64,000 nt of DNA from Bacillota bacterium (GCA_023416745.1 JAEZHF010000063.1:7272-71271); one strand, 5' to 3'; shown: positions 19,404 through 28,598, numbered from the stretch's first letter. Notes: a model not told the origin generated them from the sequence alone. Made by a program: numbers and translations.

Positions 19404-19680
19404 AAAAAAAGCCTTCGTCCCTGTAAGGGACAAAAGCTGCAATAAGCTCCTGCGGTACCACCCAAATTGATGAAATCAATCATCCTCTCGTTTTGCACAC
19501 CGTCATGCACACCCCGCTGATAACGGACAGGGCTCCCGTCGGCGTCTACTCCCAACTCCAAAAACCGGTTTCAAGCCGCCCTCGCAAGACCATTCACTCT
19601 AGACCTGTGCTGCCGCACTCCCACCACCGGCGGCTCTCTGGATACACCCGAATCTGGCTACTTTTCTTGCTCAAAGGTTT
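19404..19680 (-). promoter_or_regulatory. T-box riboswitch leader, Trp-specific
   Basis: The minus-strand RNA contains an AGAGAG box and a distal GGUGGUGGGAGUGCGGC element. A specifier-like AGUGAA-UGG sits at 19592-19590. The conserved T-box AAUUUGGGUGGUACCGCAGG is at about 19449-19468. A 12 bp terminator stem (GCUUUUGUCCCU/AGGGACGAAGGC) with a U7 tract is at 19404-19438. Confidence 0.85.
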
Positions 19681-19685
19681 GTTAT

Positions 19686-19714
19686 ATTATATTCACGCCC
19701 CTCATAATTGTCAA
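19686..19714 (-). promoter_or_regulatory. Consensus sigma-A promoter of the trp operon
   Basis: On the minus strand, TTGACA (19714-19709), a 17 nt spacer, then TATAAT (19691-19686). Confidence 0.75.
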
Positions 19715-19826
19715 GCCAAAATTATGCTGTGAGTCCTCAATAGCCGCCAGATAGTCATTAAAGGTTTCCATCAACTCGTTTTCCCAATGCTTGTTGTATC
19801 CATTATAACACACCTGGGTCTCCTCA

Positions 19827-20648
19827 TCATTCTGTATTTTGTATCTGTCTCGCGGCGTACAGTGCCTTATTAGGTACGCTCGCTTGCTCCTGTGCGAACT
19901 CCGTCATGCAGTTCCAGTATCGCTTGGGCATGTGGCTCATCCGGCAGCGCGGGTTATGACGCTCCTTGATCTCAATCGTTCTGTAAAACAGCCGCCAAAG
20001 TTCGCGGAACTTCATTTCCTCTTCGTCCGGCTGCGGCTGCTCGAAGGCCTCCACAGCGCAGATGTGCGCCTTGCCGCTCTGGTATAACAGCACCATGCCG
20101 TGCGTCTTGTCGTATATCAGGAATCGCTCGCCAGGGTACCGTTCGGCAAAGGGGCGCGCGAGCAGCGGCAGTACAATGTTTTTGGGCTCGATCTGTGCCG
20201 TCAGTACGCCGTCGGTTTCCGAGAAGCGGATAAATCCCTGAAACAGGTGCGCTTCGTGTTTGAGGTGACGGACGGCGGTGGTGAGTGCATGCACCGTTTC
20301 ATCCGTCAGGCGGCTGAGCACTGAGCGCCCGTGCCTGTAACCCAAGCGGAGAAACTTGAGTATGAGCAACTCCTTTCCCGGTAGATTGGTGAGGTACGCA
20401 TGGCGCACAAAGTCCAGCGCGGCATACCCCATCTTCTGCGGAATGGATCTTTGCACCCGCTGAGAACGGTCCGGCTGCGTCTCTATTGTCCTTGTGTTCA
20501 ACAGAAGCGGCAGCTGGCTATCCTCCGTCAGCACATCAGCGGGCAGTTCGTTCTTCTCATAGCTTTCAAACACGCAGCAAAGCAGGCCGTCAAAGCTGCC
20601 ATCGTATACATAGACCACCAGCGCTGGTTCCGCGATAATTCGCCGCAT
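19827..20648 (-). CDS. TIGR03915-like 'probable DNA metabolism protein', the usual partner of the radical SAM gene
   Basis: VVYVYDGSFDGLLCCVFESY is the N-terminal signature of this family. The start is at 20648, where TGATG overlaps the upstream stop. The alternative ATG at 20669 is also possible. Confidence 0.7.
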   Translation of the reverse strand: MRRIIAEPALVVYVYDGSFDGLLCCVFESYEKNELPADVLTEDSQLPLLLNTRTIETQPDRSQRVQRSIPQKMGYAALDFVRHAYLTNLPGKELLILKFLRLGYRHGRSVLSRLTDETVHALTTAVRHLKHEAHLFQGFIRFSETDGVLTAQIEPKNIVLPLLARPFAERYPGERFLIYDKTHGMVLLYQSGKAHICAVEAFEQPQPDEEEMKFRELWRLFYRTIEIKERHNPRCRMSHMPKRYWNCMTEFAQEQASVPNKALYAARQIQNTE

Positions 20649-21976
20649 CACAGCTCTCCTGTCAGGCATTTTTGCAGCTCCTCCTGTGCCAGCACCGGGT
20701 GCTCAAACAGCGACAGCTGACGCGGCCTGACCGTTCCACTGCCCGACAGCGCCGTCTCTATGCGCCCCCGCATCTGTTCGGATAACAGCGCCTGCAGCAG
20801 CATATCCTGCGCCGTGTCCAGACCGTCCGGACGCTTGCCGGAACAGCTGATGAAATACTGCGCGCGCTTGAGCACAACGCCCAGCTTTTTGAGTCCTGCA
20901 ACGTCCAGCTTGCCTGTTTGGCGGGCGGTAATGATGCGCTGCGCGCTGCGTACTCCAATGCCCGGCACGCGCAGCAGTGTTTCATAGGGTGCACGGTTGA
21001 CCTCTACGGGAAACTGCTCCGGATGGCGGAGCGCCCAATTACACTTGGGGTCGAGGTACGGGTTGAAATTGGGGTGCTCCTCGTCCAGCAGCTCCGAAGC
21101 CGAGAATCCATAAAACCGCAGCAGCCAATCCGCCTGGTACAGCCGGTGTTCGCGCAGCAGTGGCGGTTTGGTTTCACGCGATGGCAGCAGCGAATTCTCC
21201 ACAGAGGGAATATAAGCGGAGAAGAACACGCGCTTGAGCTTATAGCGCGAATACAGACCCTCCGTCAGGCTCAGTATCTTGAGGTCATTCTCCCCCGTTG
21301 CGCCCACTATCATCTGTGTGCTCTGGCCTGCCGGAACAAAGCGTGGTGCGCTTCTGACCAGCGCGCGTTCCTTCTTGTTCTCTGTGATACGGTCTGTGAT
21401 AAAACCCATCGGCGCCAGTATGGACTGCATGTTTTTGTCAGGTGCCAGCCGCCGCAGGCTGGTTTTAGACGGCAGCTCGATGTTGATACTCATGCGGTCG
21501 GCCAGCGTGCCCAGTCTTGAGAGAAGCGCCTGATCCGCGCCGGGAATTGCTTTCACGTGGATGTAGCCGCAGAAGCGATACTCATCTCGCAGTATGCGCA
21601 GTGTCTGTATCATGCGCTCTGTGGTATGGTCCGGACTTTTAATCACGCCTGAGCTTAAGAAGAGTCCTTCTATATAGTTGCGGCGATAGAACGCGATAGT
21701 CAAGTCGGCCAGCTCATTGGGCTCAAACGTTGCGCGCGGCGTGTCGTGAGTACGCCTGTTTACACAGTAGGCGCAGTCGTAAACGCACGCATTGCTCATC
21801 AGCACCTTCAGCAGTGAGATGCACCTCCCATCGCCGGAAAAGCTGTGGCAGATTCCGCAGGCAACCGCACTGCCTATGCCACCCTTGGAAGCCTTTCTGT
21901 CTGCTCCGCTGGACGTGCAGGCCACATCATATTTGGCTGCATCGGTCAATATGCGCAGCTTTTCATATATATCCAC
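20648..21976 (-). CDS. TIGR03916-like putative DNA modification/repair radical SAM protein
   Basis: EKLRILTDAAKYDVACTSSG, a radical SAM motif CVYDCAYC, and a C-terminal helix-hairpin-helix (LLRVPGIGVRSAQRII). The start was moved to the GTG at 21976 (after AAGGAG) because the ATG at 22000 lies inside the -10 hexamer. Confidence 0.75.
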   Translation of the reverse strand: MDIYEKLRILTDAAKYDVACTSSGADRKASKGGIGSAVACGICHSFSGDGRCISLLKVLMSNACVYDCAYCVNRRTHDTPRATFEPNELADLTIAFYRRNYIEGLFLSSGVIKSPDHTTERMIQTLRILRDEYRFCGYIHVKAIPGADQALLSRLGTLADRMSINIELPSKTSLRRLAPDKNMQSILAPMGFITDRITENKKERALVRSAPRFVPAGQSTQMIVGATGENDLKILSLTEGLYSRYKLKRVFFSAYIPSVENSLLPSRETKPPLLREHRLYQADWLLRFYGFSASELLDEEHPNFNPYLDPKCNWALRHPEQFPVEVNRAPYETLLRVPGIGVRSAQRIITARQTGKLDVAGLKKLGVVLKRAQYFISCSGKRPDGLDTAQDMLLQALLSEQMRGRIETALSGSGTVRPRQLSLFEHPVLAQEELQKCLTGEL

Positions 21977-21998
21977 TCCCGTCACACTCCTTGAAACC

Positions 21999-22027
21999 AT
22001 TATACTTAGAACATCAGTTCTTGTAAA
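21999..22027 (-). promoter_or_regulatory. Sigma-A promoter of the radical SAM operon
   Basis: On the minus strand, TTTACA (22027-22022), a 17 nt spacer, then TATAAT (22004-21999). Confidence 0.65.
22009..22020. promoter_or_regulatory. Candidate LexA (Cheo/SOS) box
   Basis: The perfect palindrome GAACATCAGTTC (GAAC-N4-GTTC) lies entirely inside the promoter spacer. Confidence 0.6.
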
Positions 22028-22036
22028 TAGAATACG

Positions 22037-22048
22037 GAATACTCGTTC
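22037..22048. promoter_or_regulatory. Second, imperfect LexA-like box
   Basis: GAATACTCGTTC has one mismatch to GAAC-N4-GTTC. It lies about 10 nt upstream of the -35. Confidence 0.35.
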
Positions 22049-22209
22049 GTATATTACCCCATAAGCAGCCCGAAAAAGCGGACTGTTTACGAAAATTGCC
22101 GAAAGCGAGCAGCTATGTTATACTCGGCGAAGGTCTGTGGAAGGAAACCGAACTCTATTGTCCAAACGCTCCACAGGACCGGAAATTCGGAAACGAAAGC
22201 GAAGGAATT

Positions 22210-23370
22210 ATGTCCTCTCTTCTGCTTGTCATTATCTACATTGCGTTCATCGGGCTCGGCCTGCCGGATTCCCTCCTCGGCACCGCATGGCCCGCGGCGT
22301 ATATCGACCTCGGCGTGCCTGTCGGCGCGGCAGGCATGGCCGCTGTGATTGGTACCGGCGGCACTGTTCTATCCAGCCTGCTGGCCGAGCGCCTCATCAA
22401 AGCTTTGGGCACTGGACGGGTGGCACTGATCTCTATGCTGATGACTGCTGTCGCACTAATGGGCATGGGTTTTGTTCAGCAATATTGGATGTTACTGGCG
22501 CTGGCCGTACCGCTGGGCTTGGGAGCAGGCACCATCGACGCCTCACTCAACAATTTCATTGCACTTAACTACAAGGCCACGCACATGAACTGGCTGCATT
22601 GCTTCTGGGGTGTGGGTGCAACGGCAAGCCCTGCGATCATGGCGCTTTATCTGGCAGCCGGAAGCTGGCGCGGCGCATACCGTACCATATCGTTCGCGCT
22701 TTTTGGCATATCATTGCTGCTTGTACTATCCCTCTCGTTGTGGAAGCGCGTTGGCCATGCGCCGTCGCTTCATGAACACAGGGCCGCAACACCCATACTG
22801 ACGCTTATCCGACGTCCCGGCGCGGCCTTTGCCTGTCTGGCTTTTTTCGCTTACTGCGCGGCAGAGTATTCCACCGGGCTTTGGGCCAGCACATACTTCG
22901 TTGAGGTAAAGGGCTTAGAGCCGGACACGGCAGCATCCTGGGCATCCATGTACTATCTCGGCATTACTCTGGGCCGTCTGGCCAGCGGTTTCGCTGCCAT
23001 CAAGCTCAAAAGCCGCACATTGGTCCGCATTGGCAATGGCATGATACTGCTGGGTATACTGGGCTTGCTGGTGCTGCCGGGTGCAGGGCTGCTCGCCGGC
23101 TTGCTGCTGGTCGGCCTCGGGTGCGCGCCCATATTCCCGTCGCTGCTCGATCAGACGCCCGGCTTCTTCGGAATCGAGTATTCGCAGGGCATGATGGGCC
23201 TGCAGATGGCCAGCGCCTACACCGGCAGCGCGCTGATGGCACCGTTATTCGGATGGATTTCGCCGTACATCGATATCGGCTCCTGGCCATTCTTCCTGTT
23301 GGCATTCTTCGCAGTGATGATATTTTCGACGGAGAGCACCCTCTCCTCGGTCACAAAAGCCTCCGGCTAG
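22210..23370 (+). CDS. MFS transporter
   Basis: About 12 predicted TM helices. The start was trimmed to MSSLLLVIIYIAFIGLGLPDS at 22210, after GAAGGA. Confidence 0.8.
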   Translation: MSSLLLVIIYIAFIGLGLPDSLLGTAWPAAYIDLGVPVGAAGMAAVIGTGGTVLSSLLAERLIKALGTGRVALISMLMTAVALMGMGFVQQYWMLLALAVPLGLGAGTIDASLNNFIALNYKATHMNWLHCFWGVGATASPAIMALYLAAGSWRGAYRTISFALFGISLLLVLSLSLWKRVGHAPSLHEHRAATPILTLIRRPGAAFACLAFFAYCAAEYSTGLWASTYFVEVKGLEPDTAASWASMYYLGITLGRLASGFAAIKLKSRTLVRIGNGMILLGILGLLVLPGAGLLAGLLLVGLGCAPIFPSLLDQTPGFFGIEYSQGMMGLQMASAYTGSALMAPLFGWISPYIDIGSWPFFLLAFFAVMIFSTESTLSSVTKASG

Positions 23371-23401
23371 TCACCCGCTGGCTGATAAATGAATTAATAA
23401 G

Positions 23402-23452
23402 CCCCGCGGCTGTTTTTGTCTACTGCAGGCGGGGTATTTTCATCTTTTTTTA
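23402..23452. terminator. Hairpin plus T-run between convergent genes
   Basis: CCCCGC (23402-23407) pairs with GCGGGG (23429-23434), followed by TATTTTCATCTTTTTTT. Confidence 0.5.
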
Positions 23453-24978
23453 ACGATCAGCCCATACACGTCCATATATTTTGCGTTCAGGTAGTCGATG
23501 AAGTATCTCGCCGCGAGCGGCTCACCCGTCACCTTCTGAATCAGCTCCGCCGGCAGATAGACCGCGCCGTGCCGGTGAACGTGCTCCTTGAACCATGCAT
23601 TCACGCACATGAGGTCACCCTCCGCAATGCGCCGCTCCATGTCCGGCACATCCTGCTTCATCGTGTGCAGCATTTGCGCACCGTACAGATTACCGAGCGC
23701 GTAGCTGGGGAAATAGCCGAAGTTGCCGCCCGACCAGTGGGTATCCTGCAATATCCCCTCGCCGTCGTTTTTTGGCTCCACTCCGAGGTATTCCTTATAC
23801 TTTTGGTTCCACAGCGCGGGCAGCTCGTCAACGTCCGCTCCTCCATCGAATATCGCCTTCTCCATCTCGTAGCGGATGATGATGTGCAGGCTGTACGTCA
23901 GCTCATCCGCCTCGATGCGGATCAAAGAGGGCGAAACTGCGTTGACGGCCTTGTAGAACGACTCCAGCGGTACGCCGTCAAGCTGCGGGAAAGCCTTCTG
24001 CGCTTCGGTATAGAAGTATTCCCAGAACGCGCGGCTGCGGCCGATGAGGTTCTCGTACAGCCGCGACTGCGACTCGTGGATGCCCATCGAAGCGCCCGTC
24101 ATCAGCATCGTGCCCATGAGCGCGGGATCGATGTTCTGCTCGTATATCGCGTGGCCGCCCTCGTGGATGCTGCTGTACAGCGCACTGCGCAGCTCGTTTT
24201 CAGTGTAATGGGTGGTGATGCGCACATCGCTTGGCCCCATCGTGATGGTGAACGGGTGCACCGAAACATCCAGCCGCCCCGCTTCGAAGTCGTAGCCCAT
24301 TCTTTCCAGCACATGGCGGGAGAAGCGCGCCTGTGCGTCTGCTGTGAATGTGTTCTTAAGGAAGCTGTCGTCCGGCTTCGGCTTGGATTTGATTCTGTCC
24401 AGCAGCGCCACAATTGCATCGCGCACCTCGCTGAACACCTTATCCAGCGCGGCTGTGGTGACGCCCGGTTCGTAGTAGTCCAGCAGCCGGTCGTAGCCTT
24501 GTCCGCCGCCACCCCAATATCCGATGAATTCGCGGTTGAACCCGATCAGCGTTTTCAGATGCGGTTTGAACATCGCGTAGTCCGATGTGTCTTTGGCCGC
24601 CTCCCACGCGGCCTCCGCCGCGGATACCGCCACAACGTACGCGCGGTAACGCTCCTCGGGAATCTTCATCGAGCGGTCGTATTCGCGCTTGGCGCGGTCG
24701 GCTATTGCACGCGTCACATCGTCCGCGTCCGTCAATGCCGAAAACTCGTCAATAAAAGCCTTCATGGTATCCGACGTCTGTTTGCGGTACAGCTCGGCGG
24801 AGAGGTAACCCAGCACCTCACCGCGGTACGCGACTCCCTTGCGCGGTATGCTTACCCGCGAGTCCCAGTAGAGCGCTGCTATAGCGCTGCTGAGATATTC
24901 GATGTCCCTCAGATACGCTTTGAACGCATCCAGTCTGCCGTTTTCCATGCCCAGATAAAGCCCTTCCGTTTTGATCAT
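23440..24978 (-). CDS. Carboxypeptidase, family M32 (Taq-type)
   Basis: HPFT, HEGGHAIYE and GIHESQSRLYEN motifs. Confidence 0.9.
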   Translation of the reverse strand: MIKTEGLYLGMENGRLDAFKAYLRDIEYLSSAIAALYWDSRVSIPRKGVAYRGEVLGYLSAELYRKQTSDTMKAFIDEFSALTDADDVTRAIADRAKREYDRSMKIPEERYRAYVVAVSAAEAAWEAAKDTSDYAMFKPHLKTLIGFNREFIGYWGGGGQGYDRLLDYYEPGVTTAALDKVFSEVRDAIVALLDRIKSKPKPDDSFLKNTFTADAQARFSRHVLERMGYDFEAGRLDVSVHPFTITMGPSDVRITTHYTENELRSALYSSIHEGGHAIYEQNIDPALMGTMLMTGASMGIHESQSRLYENLIGRSRAFWEYFYTEAQKAFPQLDGVPLESFYKAVNAVSPSLIRIEADELTYSLHIIIRYEMEKAIFDGGADVDELPALWNQKYKEYLGVEPKNDGEGILQDTHWSGGNFGYFPSYALGNLYGAQMLHTMKQDVPDMERRIAEGDLMCVNAWFKEHVHRHGAVYLPAELIQKVTGEPLAARYFIDYLNAKYMDVYGLIVKKR

Positions 24979-25000
24979 ATTTCTTTTGATATCATACCCG

Positions 25001-27589
25001 TTATTTCAGAAAGAAACGCAGCAGCTTCTCTTTGGTGGTGTCCAGCGGCGCGTAACGTATCGGCAGGTCAATCCACGTCTTTTTGTCCACGATGCTCTTG
25101 TAGTGCGTGAACGTATCGAAGCTGTGTTTGCCGTGATACGAGCCCATGCCGCTCTCCCCCACACCGCCGAAGCCCATGTGAGATGTGGCCAAATGGATGA
25201 TGGTGTCGTTGATGCAGCCGCCGCCGAACGACACCTCGCGCAGCACGCGCCTTTGCAGCGCCTTGTTCTCCGAGAACAAATAAAGCGCCAGCGGCTTGAG
25301 GTGCGCCTTGATCTCGCGGATAACCGCGTCGATATCCGTGTATTCCAGCAGCGGCATGATGGGTCCGAAGATCTCCTCACCCATCACCGGCGACTGGCGC
25401 GTGATGTCCGTCAGCACCGTGGGCGCGATCTTGAGCGTGTCACGGCGGCTGTCTCCGCCCACCATGGCGTTCTCACCCTGCATCAGTCCCAGCAGGCGGT
25501 CGAAGTGCTTTTCATTCACGATGCGCGGCAGGCACGGGTTGTTTGCGCCGCCCGGATAGAATTCGGGGATGACGCGCTTCAATTCCTCAATCAGCTCCGC
25601 CTTTTTACTTGCGTGGACATACACATAATCGGGCGCAACACATGTCTGCCCCGCGTTGATGTATTTGCCGAACGCCAGACGCTTCGCCGCGAGCACGATG
25701 TTTGCCGTCTCGTCCACGATGACCGGACTCTTGCCGCCCAGCTCCAGGCTCACCGGCGTCAGGTGCTTGGCCGCAGCCGCCATCACCACCTTGCCCACCG
25801 CCACGCTGCCGGTGAAGAATATGTAGTCGAACTTCTGCTCCAGCAGATCGGCGTTCTCGGCACGGCCACCCGTCACCACGCTCACCAGCCCGGGCGGAAA
25901 CGCGGCGGACAACAACTCCGCCAGCGCCGCGGACGTGTGCGGTGTGTAGTTGGACGGCTTTAGCACCACGGTGTTTCCTGCGGCCAGCGCCCCCGCCAGC
26001 GGATCAATCGAGAGCAGCACCGGATAGTTCCAAGGTGATATGATCAGCGCAGCGCCATACGGCTCGGGCACCACGAAGCTGTCCGCAGCGAACTGCGGCA
26101 ACGGCGTAGGCATGCGTCGGTTCCGCACCCAGCCCGGCAGATGCTTGATCAGGAAGCGTATTTCATCCCGGCACATACCGATCTCCGTCATGTACGCCTC
26201 GCAATCGGATTTGCCAAGATCGGCGCGCAGCGCCTCCATCAGCTTATTCTCATTGTCGATCACCAAATTCAGCAGGCACTTGAGCGATTCGATACGGCCC
26301 TTTAAATCCAGCGTTGCGCCGGTATCAAAATACTCCCGCTGCATGTTCACGAGTTCCGTCTTGTTCATGGTATTGACCTCCTTTTGCATCACACGCCAGA
26401 TGATAGCGGTGATCTCCTTTTTACCGAAAACCTTGGGCACCGGATACCACGGGTTGGCCTCGGCCAGCGCCCACTTTGCCATCTGCGGTATGTCCTCCCG
26501 GTGTATCTCTTCGAACGTCTCCGGCAGGCCCATTTCTGCGTTGAGCTGCCGTATTGACTTGATGAATGCCGCGGCCGCCTGCGCTTCATCCATGCCGACA
26601 ATATCCAGCCCGGCCGCCTGCGCCAGCTTGGCCAGCTTGGCATGCACGGTGCCGCCGAACGCTTCCAGAACGTGCGGCAGCAGCACGGCGTTGGCACGCC
26701 CATGCGTCTCATTATAAAGCCCGCTCAATGTGTGCGCAATGGAATGGTTATATGTCAGGCCGGAACGCGTGAACGAATCTCCCGCGAGAAACGCCGCCCG
26801 CAGCATGTTCTGCCGCGCCTCCATGTTCCGCCCGTCCTTGTACGCTGTGCGAAGGTTGGCGAATATCAGCCGCACGGCCTCCTCGGACATCGCCCGGCAG
26901 CGTTTGGTGACCGTCCATGTGATATAGGCCTCCACCGCGTGCGCCAGCGCATCCATACCCGTCTCAGCGGTAACTGAGGGCGGCAGCCCCGCTGTGATCT
27001 CCGGGTCCAGCACAGCGCAGACGGGAATCAGGCTGGGGTCGTTCACGGCGTATTTGTGATGGGTGGCGCTGTCCGTGACCACCGCCGCAACCGTCACTTC
27101 GGAGCCGGTTCCCGCCGTCGTGGCCACCGCGAACACCGGCGGCAGCTTTTTAATCACTTTCAAAAAGCCGCCCATTTTCGCGACAGATGTACGCGGTTTT
27201 GCAACTCGGGCTGACGCTGCCTTTGCAGTGTCGATCACGGAGCCGCCGCCGAACGCAATGAAACCGTCGCAGCCGTTTTGCAGATACGCCTCGCGCGCCT
27301 GCTCGACCATATCCACGGTCGGGTTAGCCTTCACGGCGTCAAACACTGTGTATTGTATGCCCGCCTCATCCAGCGCCTTTTCCAGCGGCGTCGTCAGACC
27401 GAGCCTTCGCAGCATCTGATCCGTCACAAACAGCACACGATGTGCGCCGAAGCGTTTGATCACTCCGGGCAGCTCCGTCACGCAGCCCGACCCTTCCAGA
27501 CGCACCGGCGACCGCCATGGCAGCAGCCGCGAGGCTTTATAAAAGCAAAACTGAAACACACGATACCAGACGATTGTGGCTTTGTTCAT
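25001..27589 (-). CDS. Fusion protein: N-terminal iron-containing alcohol dehydrogenase plus C-terminal class-3-type aldehyde dehydrogenase
   Basis: Residues 1 to about 407 are Fe-ADH (GGGSVIDTAKA and His-rich metal-site motifs). Residues from about 408 to 862 are ALDH (ELGGKSP, NAGQTCVAPDY, EEIFGP). The single ORF has an internal ATG at 26370 preceded by GGAGG. Confidence 0.8.
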   Translation of the reverse strand: MNKATIVWYRVFQFCFYKASRLLPWRSPVRLEGSGCVTELPGVIKRFGAHRVLFVTDQMLRRLGLTTPLEKALDEAGIQYTVFDAVKANPTVDMVEQAREAYLQNGCDGFIAFGGGSVIDTAKAASARVAKPRTSVAKMGGFLKVIKKLPPVFAVATTAGTGSEVTVAAVVTDSATHHKYAVNDPSLIPVCAVLDPEITAGLPPSVTAETGMDALAHAVEAYITWTVTKRCRAMSEEAVRLIFANLRTAYKDGRNMEARQNMLRAAFLAGDSFTRSGLTYNHSIAHTLSGLYNETHGRANAVLLPHVLEAFGGTVHAKLAKLAQAAGLDIVGMDEAQAAAAFIKSIRQLNAEMGLPETFEEIHREDIPQMAKWALAEANPWYPVPKVFGKKEITAIIWRVMQKEVNTMNKTELVNMQREYFDTGATLDLKGRIESLKCLLNLVIDNENKLMEALRADLGKSDCEAYMTEIGMCRDEIRFLIKHLPGWVRNRRMPTPLPQFAADSFVVPEPYGAALIISPWNYPVLLSIDPLAGALAAGNTVVLKPSNYTPHTSAALAELLSAAFPPGLVSVVTGGRAENADLLEQKFDYIFFTGSVAVGKVVMAAAAKHLTPVSLELGGKSPVIVDETANIVLAAKRLAFGKYINAGQTCVAPDYVYVHASKKAELIEELKRVIPEFYPGGANNPCLPRIVNEKHFDRLLGLMQGENAMVGGDSRRDTLKIAPTVLTDITRQSPVMGEEIFGPIMPLLEYTDIDAVIREIKAHLKPLALYLFSENKALQRRVLREVSFGGGCINDTIIHLATSHMGFGGVGESGMGSYHGKHSFDTFTHYKSIVDKKTWIDLPIRYAPLDTTKEKLLRFFLK

Positions 27590-27728
27590 ACGACAAACCC
27601 TCCGTCAGATTTAAATTTTATGAGTTGAATGCGAAGTGGATAAATGTAACAAAACTATCATAACTGATATTTTGCCGGTTTGCCAGAAGATATTGTTAGT
27701 ATTGCGAATATTCCTTAAATCTCTGGTG

Positions 27729-28382
27729 TCAGTTCGCACCTTCGTATGTAATGTCGAACAGCCCCTGCGGCACGTACTCGCCCGACAGCACTTTACTGAT
27801 GCGTGCTGACCTTTGGGCATTCTCCTTGGGATGATCTGCCACATTGAGCTCCTCCGGGCTGATCAGGCACGCTATCAGCGATATGTACTCGTCCTCCGTT
27901 AATTCAGAGACCGGTTTACTGTAATAGTATTGCGCGGCATCGTGGAGGCCGTAAACACCGTTGCCAAAGTACATCAGATTGATGTAAAGCGTGAGCTGGG
28001 TGTCCTTGTCCGCGAGCGGGTCCAGCGCCAGCCACGCGCACAGCGTCTGCTTGATTTTCATCAGACCCTGCTCAAAATCCTTGAAATACAGCTTCTTGGC
28101 AAGCCCCTGCGTAATCGTCGTCCAGCCAGCGCCCGGCGTGACGAAATCAACACCGTGGTGACCATAAAAGTTAGGGTCCTCGACCTTGATCAATATGTCC
28201 TTTTGCTCCGGGGATAATTCCTTCGCATCCATGTCGATATTTTCGGACGCGAGAATGTCCTCTACCAAACCGGGCGTCTTTACACGTGCCGATATGGCCT
28301 CGACGCTGTAGTAAACAATAACAGCAGCAATCAGTATAAGCACAACCCAAATTATTGTTCTTTTGATAAATCCCTTTTTCAT
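27729..28382 (-). CDS. Monofunctional peptidoglycan glycosyltransferase (GT51-like), membrane anchored
   Basis: An N-terminal TM segment, then VEDPNFYGHHGVD and TTITQGLAKK, which are GT51 motifs 1 and 2. Confidence 0.7.
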   Translation of the reverse strand: MKKGFIKRTIIWVVLILIAAVIVYYSVEAISARVKTPGLVEDILASENIDMDAKELSPEQKDILIKVEDPNFYGHHGVDFVTPGAGWTTITQGLAKKLYFKDFEQGLMKIKQTLCAWLALDPLADKDTQLTLYINLMYFGNGVYGLHDAAQYYYSKPVSELTEDEYISLIACLISPEELNVADHPKENAQRSARISKVLSGEYVPQGLFDITYEGAN

Positions 28383-28598
28383 GAATCGCCTCCATGCCGG
28401 AAAGGTCTAATCTCTCTATATGCTTCAACTTTTCAGCGCTGCCTGTTATTATTTTATATTTGCGTTCATATCATTATTCTCCTGCGCAGTCTATTTCGAG
28501 GGCCGCTTTGTATCACCAGAACAAATCCCGCAGCGTCACATAGAATATAGGGAACAGCCTTGTACACAGGCTGATTAAATATACAGGTGGTAGTGATT

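Noticed and set aside
19733-19826. An open minus-strand frame (…YNGYNKHWENELMETFNDYLAAIEDSQHNFG…) between the TIGR03915-like gene and the trp promoter.
   Set aside because: It has no start codon or RBS. It is in a different frame from the upstream gene and runs into the trp -35/-10 hexamers. At most it is a gene remnant, so I did not call it as a feature.
22000-22000. The ATG at 22000 as the start of the radical SAM gene, as in the ORF track.
   Set aside because: This ATG is the ATG inside TATAATGG, the -10 hexamer of the only good promoter. The AAGGAG RBS lies downstream of it. The GTG at 21976 fits better.
22049-22209. A possible riboswitch or leader upstream of the MFS transporter, with a 7-bp hairpin CTGTGGA...TCCACAG and a small CCGG...TCGG hairpin.
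   Set aside because: The hairpins exist, but I recognise no known riboswitch core and no terminator T-run follows. The evidence is insufficient.
23416-25110. A 564-aa plus-strand ORF. Similar long antisense ORFs lie at 24971-25963, 39619-40659, 45168-46355, 56610-57887 and 60201-61121.
   Set aside because: Each lies exactly opposite a gene with clear family motifs (M32 peptidase, ADH-ALDH, EAL protein, MtaB-like, kinase, YkuD). Their products are Arg/His/Val/Gln-rich with no motifs, so they are high-GC antisense open frames.
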